From NCBI GenBank assembly GCA_041660605.1, contig JBAZWB010000001.1, forward strand, positions 686,503 to 750,502: a stretch of DNA of 64,000 bases. The letters are read 5' to 3'. The translations under genes were made by a program, and so were the position numbers. The stretch's first letter is position 1. Each line of letters begins with the position of its first letter. The notes beneath the pieces were generated by a model. That model was not told the origin of the DNA and searched no databases. It was given only the letters and a program-made list of their open reading frames with translations. Source of the DNA: Patescibacteria group bacterium (GTDB taxonomy: Bacteria > Patescibacteriota > Patescibacteriia > UBA10025 > JAHIVO01). This document shows positions 57,883 to 64,000 of this stretch, piece by piece.

Positions 57883-59131
57883 TTGAAACCTCCGTAAACA
57901 AGTCAATGATCTAGCAATTTTCTCTTTTTTCAGCAGCCAATGGTACTTGACCATTACCCGCTGGAAAAAAGAGGCGGAAAATTATTAATATATTTACTCC
58001 TAAAAACAATTAACTCATTTTTTCAAAGAAAGAGGAAGAGGCTAAGTGGCACGGTTTTGACTACATGGAAGCAGTCACCGGACCGGGTATCAATGGCAGT
58101 TAACTCTTAGTTCGCACCAAGCGCTATTGCCATTATATGATATCCTTTTGAATAGCCCTCCTTTTCTCTCTTTGAAAATTTTTAATTTACATTACTTTCT
58201 TTTAATCATCACGAACCTTGGGTTATACCGCGCCCGCTTCGAATGCGAAGCAGTCGGGCGGGATGTCCTAAACTAAATGATGTTTACTGACAATTTAAAA
58301 TAATTTATGCCGAGTCATCGACTTCACGTCGGGACGAGGTATTCCTTTACGGAAGGATGAGTGATGAGAAGGAAACCCTTGGTTGCCTTCTCATAAACTT
58401 CCCTTATTCAGCAGACAATAACACGGGGCTATTGCCCGCTGGAGAAGGGAGGACAGCTACTGAGTTGCAACTGTCCCTTGGTGTGCGGCTAAAAGCAAGT
58501 AACGAGTAAGATGAGGTGATAAAGATCCATTTTTGGCGCGGGAAGAAGGATTTGCACCCGCCTCTGAGCTCTAAACGAGTTCAGTCCGTATTGTTAATCA
58601 GTAGTGTATACTGATCACGCAACGGCTTTACAGCCATTCTCTCCTCCGGTATGAATAACCGCGGTGTAAGTAGCTTCCCGCATTTTTCTAAGAAAGGAGA
58701 AGGAGGTTAGTAGGTTCGCCTTTGGCCATATAAATATGGCCGACGGACCAGATATCAGAATTAGTAATATTCTAGTCGAAACCAGAAACATGCTAATCCT
58801 ATTGATATCTCTTAACTAATCCCCCCTTTTCCTTTCTCCAAAATTTTCAAGGTAGAAACTGGATAAACAAAAAACGGACTTTTCCTTGAGAAGAGCTCGT
58901 TTTTTGCTTGAGTTATTGGTTGTTGTAATAATAAACCTTATCAAAACCACCACCCCTGCCACATGATCTTTCTTAAGATTTATTATTTGTTACTCTCTCC
59001 TCAAAGAGTATTTTTGCTGATTTAAAATGAACAAGAAATATTGAATTTAACTGATAATAATATACCCCCAGACATTTTCTGTCAAGGGGAGATATCCACA
59101 TTATATTAATTTTTGGCTAAAGTTAGACTAA

Positions 59132-61483
59132 TTACTTCTTTATTAACACACCAAAATATTTATCTGTAACTAAATCCGTGATAAACGACAGATTCTGACC
59201 GTCAGCGCTGACGGTATCAGGACACCAGGCGATCTTATATTTTTCAGGCAAAATTACTGTCCCGGCGTAAAAATCATTCAATACACCAGGCTGTTTCTGA
59301 ATCAGCAGGCTGTAATCATCGGTATTATTAAATAAACCTCCTGGCAAAACGGTAAAAGGCAGCGTATAGGTAATGCTGGCTTCAGCCGCCTGCCCAGGAT
59401 CAACCGTCATCCAGTTGCCAAAAACCGTCTTGCCAAATTCCGTAGTCAATCGGGTATTATTTGCTTCATCCATGATAGCGTCTTTTTCAATTGATTCCAG
59501 GTCCGAATCAGGCGTGGCGTCTGTATCCGGCAGCTTAAAGCGAAAAGAAGGGATATCGGTAAAACCCTTGGCTTCAATTAATTTACTGCCATAGGGGACA
59601 TAAAACCTGACGTATGAAACATTGGCCTGGCCTTCCCAGCGATCACGCGGATTTCCATTATGCACTCTCTTCAATGTAACAGTATCGGTGACCGTGCCAT
59701 CGTCTCCGATCCTAATGTCATGTTTAATGAATTGATCGACTACCTGATCAGTTTTCCCTCCACCGATATTAGTGCTGACAACGTTCAGATAATCCTTGGC
59801 AGTGCTTTTTACTCCCCCGTCCCAGTTTAAATCAGTGATTTTTTTCTGCAGTTCTTCATCATTGAAATAGAGCAGAAAATCCTTGGAATTTATGGAATCG
59901 CCAAAAGCTGATACTACCTTTATTATATTATCCTTATCCGTCTGGAATATCTTGTCTAGTAGTATTGGCAATAAATCACCGATGAACTTTTTCGGCTTAT
60001 TTTCTTCCCTGTCATACTGAACTTCCGCCCAGTATTGGGCTTCACGCACGAAATTGTCCGAGGTGACCGTCACTCCGTAATCTTTCATTTCTATCGGACC
60101 AGTTATGTCCAGCAATTTTTCAACGACTGTCGGCGTCAGTGAAATCACGCCGTCAACAGTCGCCCTGCCCGCTCTTTCGTAGAACCATTCAATCTTCCTG
60201 GCTGACGTAGGAAAATCAACGAACCAATTGGCATCCTGAATATTCCAGTGCGGATTTACCAGCCACAATGGCTTCGGAGCGACAATCTTCTCCTGGAGCT
60301 GCCCGGCAATATCATACACTCCCCCTCCGGGGACTTCCAGATTGGTAATTTTACCCTGATTGATGTCCACTAACGCAATCGAGCCGATAAATCCGCCGGT
60401 CGGCCTCAACTCCCGGTTATTCTGAAAAATCAGCAGATAACGCATTGATTTATTATGGCCCAGCACTTCCAGCATCATATCTGCCAGAGATACATAGCTG
60501 TCTGAGCTTTTTTGAATGGCTGGCAGCAACGTCTGAATCTTGCTAATTTCCGGCTGATACTCCTCGGGGATATCTTTTATCCTGACGTTCTTGATACTTT
60601 CAGCAGCCGCGCTGATTTCCTGCTGCAGAGGGGCTATTTTTTCTCGCACTAATAGTAAATATTGTATTAATGATGATTCATTATCTCCGCCCAGAACGTT
60701 GAGGTCGATATTGGAGATATTGCCTAATAGCTCGGTTATTACCGAACCGGCCTGCGATAATTGGCTGCCGGCAGCCAACAGGTATTGCGCGCTCTTTGCT
60801 TTGTTAGGGACGATCTTTGTCAGCTGTATAACGAACGAACCGACTTCATCCAGCTGCTGCTGCGCTGAAACAAAATAATTCGTTGCCTGACTGAACTGCG
60901 CCTGCGCTGTTTCGTAATCAGATGAGGTTATTGAATTGCCGGCTGCCATCAGGCTCTTATAGGCTTCCGTCGAAATGCCAAGCACCTTGCCTTTAGCGGC
61001 ACTGGCGCTCTTGTAAAATCCAAATAAAAAAATCGGCAGGACAATGATAACGCAAGCCATGATGAAATAAGCCAGCTTCCTGTTCCAGCCCGGCGCCAGT
61101 TGGAATTTCAATAATTCCAGTTTTTCTTCCGTCACTTTATTCTCTCTTTTTGGTTTTTTTTGCACCGGCGGGGGTATGGGTGCGGGTTTTTCTTCCGGTC
61201 TGGGCAGCTGGCTGGCTGGCGGCTGAAAACTCCTGGAAACAATCACTTTTTCCGCTGCTTCACGCCTGCCGGTATCTTGCTTTTCAGTTTTTTTAGGCAG
61301 TTTGAAATTCCCGAAAAATTTCTGAAAAGATAATCCTTTTTTTTCTTTTATTTCCTCGGGTTTTTCAGTTTCAGCAAATTTGCGCAAATCAATGATATTG
61401 GCTTTCGGGACATGCAGATTTTTTGGGTTTGAATTATTTCCCAGAATATTGAATTTATTCGTGTTTATATTATGCCGTTTCAT
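59132..61483 (-). CDS. DUF4012-domain protein. It has an N-terminal cytoplasmic region, a Pro-rich linker and one TM helix, followed by a large extracytoplasmic domain.
   Basis: 783 aa. RYLLIFQNNRELRPTGGFIGSIALVD and the surrounding region match the DUF4012 signature common in CPR/Gram-positive genomes. Linker PPASQLPRPEEKPAPIPPPVQKKPKRE. TM helix AYFIMACVIIVLPIFLFGFY. Confidence 0.7.
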   Translation of the reverse strand: MKRHNINTNKFNILGNNSNPKNLHVPKANIIDLRKFAETEKPEEIKEKKGLSFQKFFGNFKLPKKTEKQDTGRREAAEKVIVSRSFQPPASQLPRPEEKPAPIPPPVQKKPKRENKVTEEKLELLKFQLAPGWNRKLAYFIMACVIIVLPIFLFGFYKSASAAKGKVLGISTEAYKSLMAAGNSITSSDYETAQAQFSQATNYFVSAQQQLDEVGSFVIQLTKIVPNKAKSAQYLLAAGSQLSQAGSVITELLGNISNIDLNVLGGDNESSLIQYLLLVREKIAPLQQEISAAAESIKNVRIKDIPEEYQPEISKIQTLLPAIQKSSDSYVSLADMMLEVLGHNKSMRYLLIFQNNRELRPTGGFIGSIALVDINQGKITNLEVPGGGVYDIAGQLQEKIVAPKPLWLVNPHWNIQDANWFVDFPTSARKIEWFYERAGRATVDGVISLTPTVVEKLLDITGPIEMKDYGVTVTSDNFVREAQYWAEVQYDREENKPKKFIGDLLPILLDKIFQTDKDNIIKVVSAFGDSINSKDFLLYFNDEELQKKITDLNWDGGVKSTAKDYLNVVSTNIGGGKTDQVVDQFIKHDIRIGDDGTVTDTVTLKRVHNGNPRDRWEGQANVSYVRFYVPYGSKLIEAKGFTDIPSFRFKLPDTDATPDSDLESIEKDAIMDEANNTRLTTEFGKTVFGNWMTVDPGQAAEASITYTLPFTVLPGGLFNNTDDYSLLIQKQPGVLNDFYAGTVILPEKYKIAWCPDTVSADGQNLSFITDLVTDKYFGVLIKK

Positions 61484-61524
61484 CCCTTTTTGTTAATAAA
61501 ACTTAATAACTGCGATTTAACGTA

Positions 61525-62643
61525 TTATATTGAATTATACAATTCCAGGGTAGATTTGGCCAGCCTGTCCCAGCTGTACTCTTTTGATTTTTTAATGCCC
61601 AATTTACGCAATTTTTCTATTAAGCTTTCGCTATTTAATAACTTACTGATCACTTCCGCCATGTTATCAACGTTATACGGGTCAAAATATACCGCTGCCT
61701 TGCCCAAAATTTCCGGCAGGCATGAATTATTGCTGGCCGCCACTGGCAGTCCATAAGAACACGCTTCCAGGGCCGGCAGGCCGAATCCTTCGCAAAATGA
61801 AGGAAAAGCGTAAATTTTAGCGTTTTTATATAAGCCCGGCAGGTCTTCATCGGTGACAAACCCGGTAAAAATTACTTTTTGCTCCAAGTCATTAAAAGCC
61901 ACTTCTCTTTTAATTTTTTTATAAAAATAATCGTCCTTGCCTACTAGTACCAGATAATATTCCTGATTTTTCTCCAATATTTTTTTAAAAGCCCGCAGCA
62001 GCCCCTCAATATTTTTATGGGGGTAAACATTGCCGACAAATAAAATAAATGGTTTTTTAATCCTGTATTTGCTCAGAACAAACTCTTCGCTCCTGAAATT
62101 CTCTGACGGCGGTTCAACGGCTTCATGAGTAATCAATATTTTATCTGCGGTAATATTAAAATATTTCATCAGCTCCGATTTTGTATATTGGGAAACAGTG
62201 ATTATTTTTCTGGCTTTCTTGACCGCGCTTCTGATGATAACTTTATAGCCGAACTGCTTAATTTTATATAATATTGGTCCGAGAGTAGTCGCTCTTTGCG
62301 TAGGATATTTGGTGATAATCAGATCATGAATAGTCACCACGAAACGGCCAAAATACAATAAGGGCACGTTAAAATGAGGGAAGTGCATGACATCCAGATG
62401 GTACGACCAGATCTTCAATGGTAAAAAAATCTGCTCTGACAGACTATACCAGCGGTAGTCAGCCAGTACCTTCCTGAAATTGCTTTTAGCCGACTGAAAA
62501 GATGCCCAATTTTCTTTGCGCAAAAAAATATAATACTCATTTTTCTCATCCAGGTTTTCCAGATGAGTTATCAGTTTTTCGGTGTACCGCCCGAGTCCTT
62601 TGCCGAATGATCCGTAAAAACGGGCGTCGATGCCAATCCTCAT
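61525..62643 (-). CDS. GT4 glycosyltransferase
   Basis: 372 aa. MRIGIDARFYGSFGKGLGRYT... and PSFCEGFGLPALEACSYGLPVAASNNSCLPEILG (E-x7-E). Confidence 0.8.
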   Translation of the reverse strand: MRIGIDARFYGSFGKGLGRYTEKLITHLENLDEKNEYYIFLRKENWASFQSAKSNFRKVLADYRWYSLSEQIFLPLKIWSYHLDVMHFPHFNVPLLYFGRFVVTIHDLIITKYPTQRATTLGPILYKIKQFGYKVIIRSAVKKARKIITVSQYTKSELMKYFNITADKILITHEAVEPPSENFRSEEFVLSKYRIKKPFILFVGNVYPHKNIEGLLRAFKKILEKNQEYYLVLVGKDDYFYKKIKREVAFNDLEQKVIFTGFVTDEDLPGLYKNAKIYAFPSFCEGFGLPALEACSYGLPVAASNNSCLPEILGKAAVYFDPYNVDNMAEVISKLLNSESLIEKLRKLGIKKSKEYSWDRLAKSTLELYNSI

Positions 62644-62645
62644 AA

Positions 62646-63749
62646 TTATTTAGAAGTTAAAATTTCCAATGTTTTTTCTGCGGTATTTTCCCAGGTAAAC
62701 TGCCTGACCCATTCTTTCGCTCTTTTAGCGATTTTTTCGCGAAAAATATCATTGGTCATAACCTGCTTGATCGCGGCAACGATTTCCTGGGGATTATAGG
62801 GATCTATCAATATGGCCGTACCGCCGCTGATAGCCGGCAATGAAGTGCCGTGGCTGGTAATAACTGCAGTACCGGCGGCCATGGCTTCCAGCACCGGCAA
62901 TCCGAATCCCTCATAATATGAAGGGTAAATGAATGCCTTAGCCGTTTTATACAGCGCCTTTTTTTCCTGATCGCTGACGTAGCCGATAATTTTTTCGGTG
63001 CCTCGGCAAATTTTAACGGTTTTTTTGTCCACTTTACCGGCAATAACCAAATCATATTCCGTCTGGCCCGCAATTTTCCAGGCCTGCAGAAGTCCTTCAA
63101 TATTTTTCCTTTTTTCAACGGTGGCCAGATATAGAATGAACGGTTTATTTAAATTAAATTTATTCTTTAATTCTTCGCATTTTATTTGATCGACTTCATC
63201 GCTGAAATCCATATCAACACCGAGGGGTATGACGGAAATTTTTTTTGGAGATATTTGATAACGCGTTTCCAGATCTGATTTCGTACTTGATGATACGGCG
63301 ATAATTTTATCAGCCCGGCGCAAGGCTTCCTCAGGTCCGATAAATTTATGCCAATAATAAGCTTTTCGAGTATAAAATGAGCTTTGGAAAAATGAAAGGT
63401 CATGGACTGTCAGCACCAGACGGCATTTGGCTGAAAAATGCCAAAAATTAAGATTAGGCATAAAAAACAAATCCACTCCTCCTAACAGAGAATCCAGTTC
63501 AGGTTTCTTTAGAAAAAACAATGAGGAGTTGAATGCTTTACTCGGCCAGTGGAATTCCTTCAAAACCGCATTTTTTTCATTGAACAATGACTTGTATCTG
63601 TCATCAATTTTCTTCAGCGAATTATAAAAAAACAGATAAGTATTGGCCTTATCTCGCATCAGTAAATGACGAATGATTTGATAGGTATATTCAGTAACCC
63701 CTGACGGGAAGGGTTCAACGAAAGTTCTTATATCAATGCCAATTCGCAT
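62646..63749 (-). CDS. GT4 glycosyltransferase; paralog of 61525..62643
   Basis: 367 aa. MRIGIDIRTF... and PSYYEGFGLPVLEAMAAGTAVITSHGTSLPAISGG (E-x7-E). Confidence 0.8.
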   Translation of the reverse strand: MRIGIDIRTFVEPFPSGVTEYTYQIIRHLLMRDKANTYLFFYNSLKKIDDRYKSLFNEKNAVLKEFHWPSKAFNSSLFFLKKPELDSLLGGVDLFFMPNLNFWHFSAKCRLVLTVHDLSFFQSSFYTRKAYYWHKFIGPEEALRRADKIIAVSSSTKSDLETRYQISPKKISVIPLGVDMDFSDEVDQIKCEELKNKFNLNKPFILYLATVEKRKNIEGLLQAWKIAGQTEYDLVIAGKVDKKTVKICRGTEKIIGYVSDQEKKALYKTAKAFIYPSYYEGFGLPVLEAMAAGTAVITSHGTSLPAISGGTAILIDPYNPQEIVAAIKQVMTNDIFREKIAKRAKEWVRQFTWENTAEKTLEILTSK

Positions 63750-63750
63750 G

Positions 63751-64000
63751 TTATACTTGTCGGCTCTCTATGCCTTCTTCTTTATGCCAATATTCCGCTA
63801 AATATGCAATGGCCAGGCTGATAATCAAGCCGGCGATAAAGCCCAGGACAACATTCAGCCAGATATTCGGCTTGTCTTCGACAATTACCGGTTTTGATCC
63901 GACTACCTCGAATACTGATTTATTGTCTGAGGTTTGATTTGAAGCTGCAGCTTTTGTTTCTACGATACTGATTATTGCCTGACCGATTTTTTCAGCTGTA
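63751..64000 (-). CDS. C-terminal part of a Wzz/CapA-like polysaccharide chain-length-determinant-type membrane protein; partial, running off the right edge
   Basis: Manual translation ends ...NVVLGFIAGLIISLAIAYLAEYWHKEEGIESRQV*. This is the typical C-terminal TM helix plus short basic/acidic tail of Wzz/YveK-type proteins. The stop is 1 nt from the downstream GT4 start. Confidence 0.45.
   Translation of the reverse strand, partial: TAEKIGQAIISIVETKAAASNQTSDNKSVFEVVGSKPVIVEDKPNIWLNVVLGFIAGLIISLAIAYLAEYWHKEEGIESRQV

Noticed and set aside
55227-58222. 16-mer AATCATC[G/A]CGAACCTT at both edges of the GC-rich segment, as possible direct-repeat boundaries (att-like)
   Set aside because: A 15/16 match is expected by chance about two dozen times among all position pairs in 64 kb. 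It is mentioned under the island finding only as weak support.
58350-58420. Hammerhead-ribozyme-like 'GUGAUGAG ... GAAAC' near a 10-bp stem
   Set aside because: The core has G instead of the conserved C3. The GAAA does not follow stem II, so the three-way junction cannot be formed.
58533-58600. tRNA or tmRNA 3'-end-like 'GGATTTGCACCCGC' (minus-strand ...GGGTGCAAATCC...CGCCA)
   Set aside because: Could not fold a cloverleaf. The T-stem partners are absent, there is no acceptor-stem complement, and no CCA context.

Overview
The window reads as a low-GC bacterial chromosome segment. Genome-reduced, glycosyltransferase-rich gene content and a DUF4012 protein suggest a Patescibacteria/CPR-like organism, but that is inference only.

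Housekeeping genes sit at both ends:
- Left: partial S41 peptidase, murA, the rmlACDB dTDP-rhamnose genes (interleaved with a Zn-ribbon, HD-domain, NUDIX and cupin protein), and ahcY.
- Right: lepA and murJ.

About 33 kb in the middle (13.8-46.7 kb) is one very large cell-surface glycosylation locus containing:
- nucleotide-sugar enzymes: a nucleotidyltransferase, two short-chain dehydrogenase/reductase (SDR) family epimerases, UDP-glucose and UDP-ManNAc-type dehydrogenases, and UDP-glucuronate decarboxylase;
- three DPM1-like GT2 polyprenyl-phosphate-sugar synthases plus GtrA;
- four GT-C-like multi-TM proteins, each with an acidic first-loop motif;
- two Wzx-like flippases and about 10 GT4 enzymes;
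- a duplicated methyltransferase/kinase-like/GT4 module, and an FkbM methyltransferase with a decayed extra copy.

The locus ends in a secreted subtilase fused to a 7-blade FG-GAP beta-propeller. That propeller is encoded by near-identical 153-bp tandem DNA repeats, and a PDZ/HtrA-like protein lies next to it. A further GT4-GT4-Wzz-like cluster and a DUF4012 protein lie at the right end.

Between murJ and the DUF4012 gene (about 55.2-58.9 kb) is a visibly more G+C-rich, gene-poor segment. It holds paired structured RNA-like motifs, many hairpins, a lipoprotein, a 27-aa sORF that shares a duplicated promoter with the lipoprotein gene, and an FHA-domain/2-TM mini-operon. This is a candidate horizontally acquired island or ncRNA-bearing region.

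A dyad-symmetric triple-repeat operator-like element lies upstream of the first epimerase gene. A 22-bp direct repeat duplicates the lepA 5' end.

No rRNA, tRNA, CRISPR array, transposase or integrase could be supported from the sequence.
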